A DNA stretch of 64,000 bases, from assembly GCA_964016885.1 (NCBI GenBank), contig OZ024740.1:215636001-215700000 (forward strand), given 5' to 3'. A model generated the notes under the pieces. The model was not told the DNA's origin. It searched no databases and saw nothing but the letters and a program-made list of their open reading frames with translations. Source of the stretch: Eledone cirrhosa (Eukaryota). Made by a program: the position numbers and the translations under genes. Below are positions 1-18,000 of the stretch, in pieces; position 1 is the stretch's first letter, and each line of letters begins with the position of its first letter.

Positions 1-3000
1 AAGACTAACACCATCATCATCAACACCACCAAGACTAACATCATCATCATCAACACCACCAAGACTAACATCATCATCATCATCAACACCACCAAGACTA
101 ACACCGCCATCATCAACACCACCAAGACTAACATCATCATCATCAACACCACCAAGACTAACATCACCATCATCAACACCACCAAGACTAACATCATCAT
201 CATCAACACCACCAAGACTAACACCACCATCATCAACACCACCAAGACTAACACCATCATCATCAACACCACCAAGACTAACACCATCATCATCAACACC
301 ACCAAGACTAACACCATCATCATCAACACCACCAAGACTAACATCATCATCATCATCAACACCACCAAGACTAACATCATCATCATCAACACCACCAAGA
401 CTAACACCATCATCATCAACACCACCAAGTCTAACACCATCATCATCAACACCACCAAGACTAACACCATCATCATCATCAACACCACCAAGACTAACAC
501 CATCATCATCAACACCACCAAGACTAACACCATCATCATCATCAACACCACCAAGACTAACACCATCATCATCAACACCACCAAGACTAACACCATCATC
601 ATCATCAACACCACCAAGTCTAACACCATCATCATCATCACCACCAAGACTAACATCATCATCATCATCACCACCAAGACTAACACCATCATCATCAACA
701 CCACCAAGACTAACATCATCATCATCAACACCACCAAGACTAACACCATCATCATCATCAACACCACCAAGACTAACACCATCATCAGCAACACCACCAA
801 GTCTAACACCATCATCATCAACACCACCAAGACTAACACCATCATCATCAACACCACCAAGACTAACATCATCATCATCAACACCACCAAGACTAACATC
901 ATCATCATCAACACCACCAAGACTAACACCATCATCATCAACACCACCAAGACTAACACCATCATCATCATCAACACCACCAAGACTAACACCACCATCA
1001 TCAACACCACCAAGACTAACATCATCATCATCAACACCACCAAGACTAACACCATCATCATCAACACCACCAAGACTAACACCATCATCATCATCAACAC
1101 CACCAAGACTAACACCACCATCATCAACACCACCAAGACTAACATCATCATCATCAACACCACCAAGACTAACACCATCATCATCAACACCACCAAGACT
1201 AACACCATCATCATCAACACCACCAAGACTAACATCATCATCATCAACACCACCAAGACTAACATCATCATCATCATCAACACCACCAAGACTAACACCG
1301 CCATCATCAACACCACCAAGACTAACATCATCATCATCAACACCACCAAGACTAACATCACCATCATCAACACCACCAAGACTAACATCATCATCATCAA
1401 CACCACCAAGACTAACACCACCATCATCAACACCACCAAGACTAACACCATCATCATCAACACCACCAAGACTAACACCATCATCATCAACACCACCAAG
1501 ACTAACACCATCATCATCAACACCACCAAGACTAACATCATCATCATCATCAACACCACCAAGACTAACATCATCATCATCAACACCACCAAGACTAACA
1601 CCATCATCATCAACACCACCAAGTCTAACACCATCATCATCAACACCACCAAGACTAACACCATCATCATCATCAACACCACCAAGACTAACACCATCAT
1701 CATCAACACCACCAAGACTAACACCATCATCATCATCAACACCACCAAGACTAACATCATCATCATCAACACCACCAAGTCTAACACCATCATCATCAAC
1801 ACCACCAAGACTAACATCATCATCATCAACACCACCAAGTCTAACACCATCATCATCAACACCACCAAGACTAACACCATCATCATCAACACCACCAAGA
1901 CTAACACCATCATCATCATCAACACCACCAAGACTAACATCATCATCATCAACACCACCAAGTCTAACACCATCATCATCAACACCACCAAGACTAACAC
2001 CATCATCATCAACACCACCAAGGACTAACACCATCATCATCATCAACACCACCAAGACTAACATCATCATCATCAACACCACCAAGTCTAACACCATCAT
2101 CATCAACACCACCAAGACTAACATCATCATCATCAACACCACCAAGACTAACATCATCATCATCATCAACACCACCAAGACTAACACCACCATCATCAAC
2201 ACCACCAAGACTAACATCATCATCATCAACACCACCAAGACTAACATCATCATCATCAACACCACCAAGACTAACACCACCATCATCAACACCACCAAGA
2301 CTAACATCATCATCATCAACACCACCAAGACTAACATCATCATCATCAACACCACCAAGACTAACACCATCATCATCAACACCACCAAGACTAACACCAT
2401 CATCATCAACACCACCAAGACTAACACCATCATCATCAACACCACCAAGTCTAACACCATCATCATCAACACCACCAAGACTAACACCATCATCATCATC
2501 AACACCACCAAGACTAACACCATCTTAATCATCAACACCACCAAGACTAACATCATCATCATCAACACCACCAAGTCTAACACCATCATCATCAACACCA
2601 CCAAGACTAACATCATCATCATCAACACCACCAAGCCTAACATCATCATCATCAACACCACCAAGACTAACACCATCATCATCAACACCACCAAGACTAA
2701 CACCATCATCATCAACACCACCAAGACTAACACCATCATCATCAACACCACCAAGACTAACACCATCATCATCAACACCACCAAGTCTAACACCATCATC
2801 ATCAACACCACCAAGACTAACACCATCATCATCATCAACACCACCAAGACTAACACCATCATCATCAACACCACCAAGTCTAACACCATCATCATCAACA
2901 CCACCAAGACTAACACCATCATCATCAACACCACCAAGACTAACACCATCATCATCAACACCACCAAGACTAACACCATCATCATCAACACCACCAAGAC

Positions 3001-6000
3001 TAACACCATCATCATCATCAACACCACCAAGTCTAACACCATCATCATCATCACCACCAAGACTAACATCATCATCATCATCACCACCAAGACTAACATC
3101 ATCATCATCAACACCACCAAGACTAACACCATCATCATCAACACCACCAAGACTAACACCATCATCAGCAACACCACCAAGTCTAACACCATCATCATCA
3201 ACACCACCAAGACTAACACCATCATCATCAACACCACCAAGACTAACATCATCATCATCACCACCACCAAGACTAACATCATCATCATCAACACCACCAA
3301 GACTAACATCATCATCATCAACACCACCAAGACTAACACCATCATCATCAACACCACCAAGACTAACACCATCATCATCAACACCACCAAGTCTAACACC
3401 ATCATCATCAACACCACCAAGACTAACACCATCATCATCAACACCACCAAGACTAACATCATCATCATCAACACCACCAAGACTAACATCATCATCATCA
3501 ACACCACCAAGACTAACACCATCATCATCAACACCACCAAGACTAACACCATCATCATCAACACCACCAAGACTAACATCATCATCATCAACACCACCAA
3601 GACTAACATCATCATCATCAACACCACCAAGACTAACATCATCATCATCAACACCACCAAGACTAACACCATCATCATCAACACCACCAAGACTAACACC
3701 ATCATCATCAACACCACCAAGACTAACATCATCATCATCAACACCACCAAGACTAACATCATCATCATCAACACCACCAAGACTAACACCATCATCATCA
3801 ACACCACCAAGACTAACACCATCATCATCAACACCACCAAGACTAACATCATCATCATCAACACCACCAAGACTAACATCATCATCATCAACACCACCAA
3901 GACTAACACCATCATCATCAACACCACCAAGACTAACACCATCATCATCAACACCACCAAGACTAACATCATCATCATCAACACCACCAAGACTAACATC
4001 ATCATCATCAACACCACCAAGACTAACACCATCATCATCAACACCACCAAGACTAACACCATCATCATCAACACCACCAAGACTAACACCATCATCATCA
4101 ACACCACCAAGACTAACATCATCATCATCAACACCACCAAGACTAACATCATCATCATCAACACCACCAAGACTAACATCATCATCATCAACACCACCAA
4201 GACTAACATCATCATCATCAACACCACCAAGACTAACATCATCATCATCAACACCACCAAGACTAACACCATCATCATCAACACCACCAAGACTAACACC
4301 ATCATCATCATCAACACCACCAAGACTAACATCATCATCATCAACACCACCAAGACTAACACCATCATCATCATCAACACCACCAAGACTAACGCCATCA
4401 TCATCAACACCACCAAGACTAACACCATCATCATCAACACCACCAAGACTAACATCATCATCATCAACACCACCAAGACTAACATCATCATCATCAACAC
4501 CACCAAGACTAACATCATCATCATCAACACCACCAAGACTAACACCATCATCATCAACACCACCAAGACTAACACCATCATCAACACCACCAAGACTAAC
4601 ATCATCATCATCAACACCACCAAGACTAACACCATCATCATCAACACCACCAAGACTAACACCATCATCATCATCAACACCACCAAGACTAACACCATCA
4701 TCATCAACACCACCAAGACTAACATCATCATCATCAACACCACCAAGACTAACACCATCATCATCAACACCACCAAGACTAACACCATCATCATCATCAA
4801 CACCACCAAGACTAACACCATCATCATCAACACCACCAAGACTAACACCATCATCATCAACACCACCAAGACTAACACCATCATCATCAACACCACCAAG
4901 ACTAACACCATCATCATCATCACACACCACCAAGACTAACACCATCATCATCATCAACACCACCAAGACTAACACCATCATCATCAACACCACCAAGACT
5001 AACACCATCATCATCATCAACACCACCAAGACTAACACCATCATCATCAACACCACCAAGACTAACACCAATGATCATCAACACCACCAAGACTAACACC
5101 ATCATCATCATCAACACCACCAAGACTAACACCATCATCATCAACACCACCAAGACTAACACCATCATCATCAACACCACCAAGACTAACACCATCATCA
5201 TCATCAACACCACCAAGACTAACACCATCATCATCAACACCACCAAGACTAACACCATCATCATCAACACCACCAAGACTAACACCATCATCATCATCAA
5301 CACCACCAAGACTAACACCATCATCATCAACACCACCAAGACTAACATCATCATCATCAGCACCACCAAGACTAACACCATCATCATCAACACCACCAAG
5401 ACTAACACCATCATCATCATCAACACCACCAAGACTAACACCATCATCATCAACACCACCAAGACTAACACCATCATCATCAACACCACCAAGACTAACA
5501 CCATCATCATCAACACCACCAAGACTAACACCATCATCATCATCAACACCACCAAGACTAACACCATCATCATCAACACCACCAAGACTAACATCATCAT
5601 CATCAACACCACCAAGACTAACACCATCATCATCAACACCACCAAGACTAACATCATCATCATCAACACCACCAAGACTAACACCATCATCATCAACACC
5701 TCCAAGACTAACACCATCATCATCATCAACACCACCAAGACTAACACCATCATCATTAACACCACCAAGACTAACACCATCATCATCAACACCACCAAGA
5801 CTAACATCATCATCATCATCAACACCACCAAGACTAACATCATCATCATCAACACCACCAAGACTAACACCATCATCATCAACACCACCAAGACTTACAC
5901 CATCATCATCATCAACACCACCAAGACTAACATCATCATCATAATCAACACCACCAAGACTAACACCATCATCATCATCAACACCACCAAGACTAACACC

Positions 6001-9000
6001 ATCATCATCAACACCACCAAGACTAACACCATCATCATCAATACCACCAAGACTAACATCATCATCATCAACACCACCAAGACTAACATCATCATCATCA
6101 TCAACACCACCAAGACTAACATCTTCATCATCAACACCACCAAGACTAACATCATCATCATCAACACCACCAAGACTAACATCATCATCATCAACACCAC
6201 CAAGACTAACACCATCATCATCATCAACACCACCAAGACTAACACCATCATCATCAACACCACCAAGACTAACATCATCATCATCATCAACACCACCAAG
6301 ACTAACACCATCATCATCAACACCACCAAGACTAACATCATCATCATCAACACCACCAAGACTAACATCATCATCATCAACACCACCAAGACTAACACCA
6401 TCATCATCAACACCACCAAGACTAACACCATCATCATCAACACCACCAAGACTAACATCATCATCATCATCAACACCACCAAGACTAACACCATCATCAT
6501 CAACACCACCAAGACTAACATCATCATCATCAACACCACCAAGACTAACATCATCATCATCAACACCACCAAGACTAACACCATCATCATCATCAACACC
6601 ACCAAGACTAACACCATCATCATCATCAACACCACCAAGACTAACACCATCATCATCAACACCACCAAGACTAACACCATCATCATCAATACCACCAAGA
6701 CTAACATCATCATCATCAACACCACCAAGACTAACATCATCATCATCAACACCACCAAGACTAACACCATCATCATCATCAACACCACCAAGACTAACAC
6801 CATCATCATCAACACCACCAAGACTAACATCATCATCATCATCAACACCACCAAGACTAACACCATCATCATCAACACCACCAAGACTAACACCATCATC
6901 ATCAACACCACCAAGACTAACACCATCATCATCAACACCACCAAGACTAACACCATCATCATCAACACCACCAAGACTAACACCATCATCATCAACACCA
7001 CCAAGACTAACACCATCATCATCAACACCACCAAGACTAACACCATCATCATCAACACCACCAAGACTAACACCATCATCATCAACACCACCAAGACTAA
7101 CACCACCATTATCATCAACACCACCAAGACTAACATCATCATCATCAACACCACCAAGACTAACACCATCATCATCAACACCACCAAGACTAACATCACC
7201 ATCATCATCAACACCACCAAGACTAACACCACCATCATCAACACCACCAAGACTAACACCATCATCATCAACACCACCAAGACTAACATCATCATCATCA
7301 TCAACACCACCAAGACTAACACCATCATCATCAACACCACCAAGACTAACACCATCATCATCATCAACACCACCAAGACTAACACCATCATCATCAACAC
7401 CACCAAGACTAACACCATCATCATCATCAACACCACCAAGACTAACACCATCATCATCAACACCACCAAGACTAACATCATCATCATCAACACCACCAAG
7501 ACTAACACCATCATCATCAACACCACCAAGACTAACATCATCATCATCAACACCACCAAGACTAACATCATCATCATCAACACCACCAAGACTAACATCA
7601 TCATCATCATCAACACCACCAAGACTAACACCATCATCATCAACACCACCAAGACTAACGCCATCATCATCATCAACACCACCAAGACTAACACCATCAT
7701 CATCAACACCACCAAGACTAACATCATCATCATCAACACCACCAAGACTAACACCATCATCATCAACACCACCAAGACTAACATCATCATCATCAACACC
7801 ACCAAGACTAACACCATCATCATCATCAACACCACCAAGACTAACACCATCATCATCATCAACACCACCAAGACTAACACCATCATCATCATCAACACCA
7901 CCAAGACTAACACCATCATCATCAACACCACCAAGACTAACATCATCATCATCAACACCACCAAGACTAACACCATCATCATCAACACCACCAAGACTAA
8001 CACCATCATCATCAACACCACCAAGACTAACATCATCATCATCAACACCACCAAGACTAACACCATCATCATCATCAACACCACCAAGACTAACACCATC
8101 ATCATCATCAACACCACCAAGACTAACACCATCATCATCATCAACACCACCAAGACTAACACCATCATCATCAACACCACCAAGACTAAAACCACCATCA
8201 TCAACACCACCAAGACTAACATCATCATCATCAACACCACCAAGACTAACACCATCATCATCAACACCACCAAGACTAACATCATCATCATCAACACCAC
8301 CAAGACTAACATCATCATCATCAACACCACCAAGACTAACATCATCATCATCAACACCACCAAGACTAACACCATCATCATCAACACCACCAAGACTAAC
8401 ATCATCATCATCAACACCACCAAGACTAACATCATCATCATCAACACCACCAAGACTAACACCATCATCATCAACACCACCAAGACTAACATCATCATCA
8501 TCAACACCACCAAGACTAACATCATCATCATCAACACCACCAAGACTAACATCATCATCATCAACACCACCAAGACTAACACCATCATCATCAACACCAC
8601 CAAGACTAACACCATCATCATCAACACCACCAAGACTAACATCATCATCATCAACACCACCAAGACTAACACCATCATCATCAACACCACCAAGACTAAC
8701 ATCATCATCATCAACACCACCAAGACTAACATCATCATCATCAACACCACCAAGACTAACATCATCATCATCAACACCACCAAGACTAACACCATCATCA
8801 TCAACACCACCAAGACTAACATCATCATCATCAACACCACCAAGACTAACACCATCATCATCAACACCACCAAGACTAACATCATCATCATCAACACCAC
8901 CAAGACTAACACCATCATCATCAACACCACCAAGACTAACACCATCATCATCAACACCACCAAGACTAACATCATCATCATCAACACCACCAAGACTAAC

Positions 9001-12000
9001 ACCATCATCATCAACACCACCAAGACTAACATCATCATCATCAACACCACCAAGACTAACATCATCATCATCAACACCACCAAGACTAACATCATCATCA
9101 TCAACACCACCAAGACTAACACCATCATCATCAACACCACCAAGACTAACACCATCATCATCAACACCACCAAGACTAACATCATCATCATCAACACCAC
9201 CAAGACTAACACCATCATCATCAACACCACCAAGACTAACACCATCATCATCAACACCACCAAGACTAACATCATCATCATCAACACCACCAAGACTAAC
9301 ACCATCATCATCAACACCACCAAGACTAACATCATCATCATCATCAACACCACCAAGACTAACACCATCATCATCAACACCACCAAGACTAACACCATCA
9401 TCATCAACACCACCAAGACTAACACCATCATCATCAACACCACCAAGACTAACACCATCATCATCAACACCACCAAGACTAACACCATCATCATCAACAC
9501 CACCAAGACTAACACCATCATCATCAACACCACCAAGACTAACATCATCATCATCATCAACACCACCAAGACTAACACCATCATCATCAACAGCACCAAG
9601 ACTAACACCATCATCATCAACACCACCAAGACTAACACCATCATCATCAACACCACCAAGACTAACACCATCATCATCAACACCACCAAGACTAACACCA
9701 TCATCATCAACACCACCAAGACTAACATCATCATCATCAACACCACCAAGACTAACATCATCATCATCAACACCACCAAGACTAACATCATCATCATCAT
9801 CAACACCACTAAGACTAACACCATCATCATCAACACCACCAAGACTAACACCATCATCATCAACACCACCAAGACTAACACCATCATCATCAACACCACC
9901 AAGACTAACACCATCATCATCAACACCACCAAGACTAACATCATCATCATCAACACCACCAAGACTAACATCATCATCATCAACACCACCAAGACTAACA
10001 CCATCATCATCAACACCACCAAGACTAACACCATCATCATCAACACCACCAAGACTAACACCATCATCATCATCAACACCACCAAGACTAACACCATCAT
10101 CATCAACACCACCAAGACTAACACCATCATCATCAACACCACCAAGACTAACATCATCATCATCATCAACACCACCAAGACTAACATCATCATCATCATC
10201 AACACCACCAAGACTAACACCATCATCATCAACACCACCAAGACTAACATCATCATCATCAACACCACCAAGACTAACATCATCATCATCAACACCACTA
10301 AGACTAACACCATCATTCATCAACACCACCAAGACTAACACCATCATCATCAACACCACCAAGACTAACATCATCATCATCATCAACACCACCAAGACTA
10401 ACACCATCATCAACACCACCAAGACTAACACCACCATCATCTACACCACCAAGACTAACACCATCATCATCAACACCACCAAGACTAACATCATCATCAT
10501 CAACACCACCAAGACTAACACCATCATCATCAACACCACCAAGACTAACATCATCATCATCAACACCACCAAGACTAACACCATCATCATCAACACCACC
10601 AAGACTAACACCATCATCATCAACACCACCAAGACTAACATCATCATCATCAACACCACCAAGACTAACACCATCATCATCAACACCACCAAGACTAACA
10701 TCATCATCATCAACACCACCAAGACTAACATCATCATCATCAACACCACCAAGACTAACATCATCATCATCAACACCACCAAGACTAACACCATCATCAT
10801 CAACACCACCAAGACTAACACCATCATCATCAACACCACCAAGACTAACATCATCATCATCATCAACACCACCAAGACTAACACCATCATCATCAACACC
10901 ACCAAGACTAACACCATCATCATCAACACCACCAAGACTAACATCATCATCATCAACACCACCAAGACTAACACCATCATCATCAACACCACCAAGACTA
11001 ACATCATCATCATCATCAACACCACCAAATCTAACACCATCATCATCAACACCACCAAGACTAACACCATCATCATCAACACCACCAAGACTAACACCAT
11101 CATCATCAACACCACCAAGACTAACACCATCATCATCAACACCACCAAGACTAACACCATCATCATCAACACCACCAAGACTAACACCATCATCATCAAC
11201 ACCACCAAGACTAACATCATCATCATCATCAACACCACCAAGACTAACACCATCATCATCAACACCACCAAGACTAACACCATCATCATCAACACCACCA
11301 AGACTAACACCATCATCATCAACACCACCAAGACTAACACCATCATCATCAACACCACCAAGACTAACACCATCATCATCAACACCACCAAGACTAACAC
11401 CATCATCATCAACACCACCAAGACTAACATCATCATCATCAACACCACCAAGACTAACATCATCATCATCAACACCACCAAGACTAACATCATCATCATC
11501 ATCAACACCACCAAGACTAACACCATCATCATCAACACCACCAAGACTAACACCATCATCATCAACACCACCAAGACTAACACCATCATCATCAACACCA
11601 CCAAGACTAACACCATCATCATCAACACCACCAAGACTAACATCATCATCATCAACACCACCAAGACTAACATCATCATCATCATCAACACCACCAAGAC
11701 TAACACCATCATCATCAACACCACCACGACTAACACCATCATCATCAACACCACCAAGACTAACACCATCATCATCATCAACACCACCAAGACTAACACC
11801 ATCATCATCAACACCACCAAGACTAACACCATCATCATCAACACCACCAAGACTAACATCATCATCATCATCAACACCACCAAGACTAACATCATCATCA
11901 TCATCAACACCACCAAGACTAACACCATCATCATCAACACCACCAAGACTAACATCATCATCATCATCAACACCACCAAGACTAACATCATCATCATCAA

Positions 12001-15000
12001 CACCACCAAGACTAACATCATCATCATCAACACCACTAAGACTAACACCATCATCATCAACACCACCAAGACTAACACCATCATCATCAACACCACCAAG
12101 ACTAACATCATCATCATCATCAACACCACCAAGACTAACACCATCATCATCACACCACCAAGACTAACATCATCATCATCAACACCACCAAGACTAACAC
12201 CATCATCAACACCACCAAGACTAACATCATCATCATCAACACCACCAAGACTAACACCATCATCAACACCACCAAGACTAACACCATCATCATCATCAAC
12301 ACCACCAAGACTAACACCATCATCATCAACACCACCAAGACTAACACCATCATCATCAACACCACCAAGACTAACACCATCATCATCAACACCACCAAGA
12401 CTAACATCATCATCATCATCAACACCACCAAGACTAACACCATCATCATCAACACCACCAAGACTAACACCATCATCATCAACACCACCAAGACTAACAC
12501 CATCATCATCAACACCACCAAGACTAACACCATCATCATCAACACCACCAAGACTAACATCATCATCATCATCAACACCACCAAGACTAACACCATCATC
12601 ATCAACACCACCAAGACAAACACCATCATCATCATCAACACCACCAAGACTAACACCATCATCATCAACACCACCAAGACTAACACCATCATCGTCATCA
12701 ACACCACCAAGACTAACACCATCATCAACAACACCACCAAGACTAACATCATCATCATCAACACCACCAAGACTAACATCATCATCATCAACACCACCAA
12801 GACTAACACCATCATCAACAACACCACCAAGACTAACATCATCATCATAAACACCACCAAGACTAACACCATCATCATCAACACCACCAAGACTAACACC
12901 ATCATCATCAACACCACCAAGACTAACACCATCATCATCATCTTCAACACCACCAAGACTAACACCACCATCATCAACACCACCAAGACTAACACTCATC
13001 ATCATCAACACCACCAAGACTAACACCATCATCATCATCAACACCACCAAGACTAACATCATCATCATCATCAACACCACCAAGACTAACACCATCATCA
13101 TCAACACCACCAAGACTAACACCATCATCATCATCAACACCACCAAGACTAACACCATCATCATCAACACCACCAAGACTAACACTCATCATCATCAACA
13201 CCACCAAGACTAACACCATCATCATCATCAACACCACCAAGACTAACACCATCATCATCATCAACACCACCAAGACTAACACCATCATCATCAACACCAC
13301 CAAGACTAACACCATCATCATCAACACCACCAAGACTAACACCATCATCATCAACACCACCAAGACTAACATCATCATCATCAACACCACCAAGACTAAC
13401 ACCATCATCATCATCAACACCACCAAGACTAACACCATCATCATCAACACCACCAAGACTAACACATCATCATCATCAACACCACCAAGACTAACACCAT
13501 CATCATCATCAACACCACCAAGACTAACACCATCATCATCAACACCACCAAGACTAACACCATCATCATCATCAACACCACCAAGACTAACACCATCATC
13601 ATCAACACCACCAAGACTAACACCATCATCATCAACACCACCAAGACTAACACCATCATCATCAACACCACCAAGACTAACACCATCATCATCAACACCA
13701 CCAAGACTAACACCATCATCATCATCAACACCACCAAGACTAACACCATCATCATCAACACCACCAAGACTAACACCATCATCATCAACACCACCAAGAC
13801 TAACACCATCATCATCAACACCACCAAGACTAACACCATCATCATCAACACCACCAAGACTAACACCATCATCATCATCAACACCACCAAGACTAACACC
13901 ATCATCATCAACACCACCAAGACTAACACCATCATCATCATCAACACCACCAAGACTAACACCATCATCATCAACACCACCAAGACTAACACCATCATCA
14001 TCAACACCACCAAGACTAACACCATCATCATCAACACCACCAAGACTAACATCATCATCATCAACACCACCAAGACTAACACCATCATCATCAACACCAC
14101 CAAGACTAACACCATCATCATCATCAACACCACCAAGACTAACACCATCATCATCAACACCACCAAGACTAACACCATCATCATCATCAACACCACCAAG
14201 ACTAACACCATCATCATCAACACCACCAAGACTAACACCATCATCATCAACACCACCAAGACTAACACCATCATCATCAACACCACCAAGACTAACACCA
14301 TCATCATCAACACCACCAAGACTAACACCATCATCATCATCAACACCACCAAGACTAACACCATCATCATCAACACCACCAAGACTAACACCATCATCAT
14401 CAACACCACCAAGACTAACACCATCATCATCAACACCACCAAGACTAACACCATCATCATCAACACCACCAAGACTAACACCATCATCATCATCAACACC
14501 ACCAAGACTAACACCATCATCATCAACACCACCAAGACTAACACCATCATCATCAACACCACCAAGACTAACACCATCATCATCATCAACACCACCAAGA
14601 CTAACACCATCATCATCAACACCACCAAGACTAACACCATCATCATCATCAACACCACCAAGACTAACACCATCATCATCAACACCACCAAGACTAACAT
14701 CATCATCATCAACACCACCAAGACTAACACCATCATCATCAACACCACCAAGACTAACACCATCATCATCAACACCACCAAGACTAACACCATCATCATC
14801 AACACCACCAAGACTAACACATCATCATCATCAACACCACCAAGACTAACACCATCATCATCAACACCACCAAGACTAACACCATCATCATCATCAACAC
14901 CACCAAGACTAACACCATCATCATCAACACCACCAAGACTAACATCATCATCATCAACACCACCAAGACTAACACCATCATCATCAACACCACCAAGACT

Positions 15001-18000
15001 AACACCATCATCATCAACACCACCAAGACTAACACCATCATCATCAACACCACCAAGACTAACATCATCATCATCAACACCACCAAGACTAACACATCAT
15101 CATCATCAACACCACCAAGACTAACATCATCATCATCAACACCACCAAGACTAACACCATCATCATCAACACCACCAAGACTAACATCATCATCATCAAC
15201 ACCACCAAGACTAACATCATCACAACACCACCAAGACTAACACCATCATCATCAACACCACCAAGACTAACACCATCATCATCAACACCACCAAGACTAA
15301 CATCATCATCATCAACACCACCAAGACTAACACCATCATCATCAACACCACCAAGACTAACACCATCATCATCATCAACACCACCAAGACTAACACCATC
15401 AACATCACCAAACCACCAAGACTAACACTCATCATCATCAACACCACCAAGACTAACACCATCATCATCAACACCACCAAGACTAACATCATCATCATCA
15501 TCAACACCACCAAGACTAACGCCATCATCATCATCAACACCACCAAGACTAACACCATCATCATCATCAACACCACCAAGACTAACACCATCATCATCAA
15601 CTCCACCAAGACTAACACCATCATCATCAACACCACCAAGACTAACATCATCATCATCATCAACACCACCAAGACTAACACCATCATCATCATCAACACC
15701 ACCAAGACTAACACCATCATCATCAACACCACCAAGACTAACACCATCATCATCAACACCACCAAGACTAACACCATCATCATCAACACCACCAAGACTA
15801 ACACCATCATCATCAACACCACCAAGACTAACACCATCATCATCAACACCACCAAGACTAACACCATCATCATCATCAACACCACCAAGACTAACACCAT
15901 CATCATCATCAACACCACCAAGACTAACACCATCATCATCATCAACACCACCAAGACTAACACCATCATCATCATCAACACCACCAAGACTAACACCATC
16001 ATCATCAACACCACCAAGACTAATATCATCATCATCATCAACACCACCAAGACTAACGCCATCATCATCATCAACACCACCAAGACTAACATCATCATCA
16101 TCAACACCACCAAGACTGACGCCATCATCATCATCAACACCACCAAGACTAACATCATCATCATCATCAACACCACCAAGACTAACATCATCATCATCAA
16201 CACCACCAAGACTAACATCATCATCATCATCAACACCACCAAGACTAACATCATCATCATCAACACCACCAAGACTAACATCATCATCATCATCAACACC
16301 ACCAAGACTAACATCATCATCATCAACACCACCAAGACTAACACCATCATCATCATCAACACCACCAAGACTAACATCATCATCATCAACACCACCAAGA
16401 CTAACACCATCATCATCAACACCACCAAGACTAAAACCATCATCATCAACACCACCAAGACTAACACCATCATCATCAACACCACCAAGACTAACACCAT
16501 CATCATCATCAACACCACCAAGACTAACACCATCATCATCATCAACACCACCAAGACTAACACCATCATCATCATCAACACCACCAAGACTAACATCATC
16601 ATCATCATCAACACCACCAAGACTAACACCATCATCATCAACACAACCAAGACTAACACCATCATCATCAACACCACCAAGACTAACACCATCATCATCA
16701 ACACCACCAAGACTAACACCATCATCATCAACACCACCAAGACTAACACCATCATCATCAACACCACCAAGACTAACACCATCATCATCATCAACACCAC
16801 CAAGACTAACACCATCATCATCAACACCACCAAGACTAACACCATCATCATCATCAACACAACCAAGACTAACACCATCATCATCATCAACACCACCAAG
16901 ACTAACATCATCATCATCATCAACACCACCAAGACTAACACCATCATCATCATCAACACCACCAAGACTACATCATCATCATCTTCAACACCACCAAGAC
17001 TAACACCATCATCATCAACACAACCAAGACTAACACCATCATCAACAACACCACCAAGACTAACACCATCATCATCAACACCACCAAGACTAACACCATC
17101 ATCAGCAACACCACCAAGACTAACACCATCATCATCATCAACACAACCAAGACTAACACCATCATCATCATCAACACCACCAAGACTAACATCATCATCA
17201 TCATCAACACCACCAAGACTAATACCATCATCATCATCAACACCACCAAGACTAACATCATCATCATCTTCAACACCACCAAGACTAACACCATCATCAT
17301 CAACACCACCAAGACTAACACCATCATCATCATCAACACCACCAAGACTAACACCATCATCATCAACACCACCAAGACTAACACCATCATCATCATCAAC
17401 ACCACCAAGACTAACACCATCACCATCTACACCACCAAGACTAACACCATCATCATCAACACCACCAAGACTAACACCATCATCATCAACACCACCAAGA
17501 CTAACACCATCATCATCAACACCACCAAGACTAACACCATCATCATCAACACCACCAAGACTAACATCATCATCATCAACACCACCAAGACTAACATCAT
17601 CATCATCAACACCACCAAGACTAACATCATCATCATCAACACCACCAAGACTAACACCATCATCATCAACACCACCAAGACTAACATCATCATCATCAAC
17701 ACCACCAAGACTAACATCATCATCATCAACACCACCAATACTAACACCATCATCATCAACACCACCAAGACTAACACCATCATCATCATCAACACCACCA
17801 AGACTAACACCATCACCATCTACACCACCAAGACTAACACCATCATCATCAACACCACCAAGACTAACACCATCATCATCAACACCACCAGACTAACACC
17901 ATCATCATCAACACCACCAAGACTAACACCATCATCATCAACACCACCAAGACTAACATCATCATCATCAACACCACCAAGACTAACATCATCATCATCA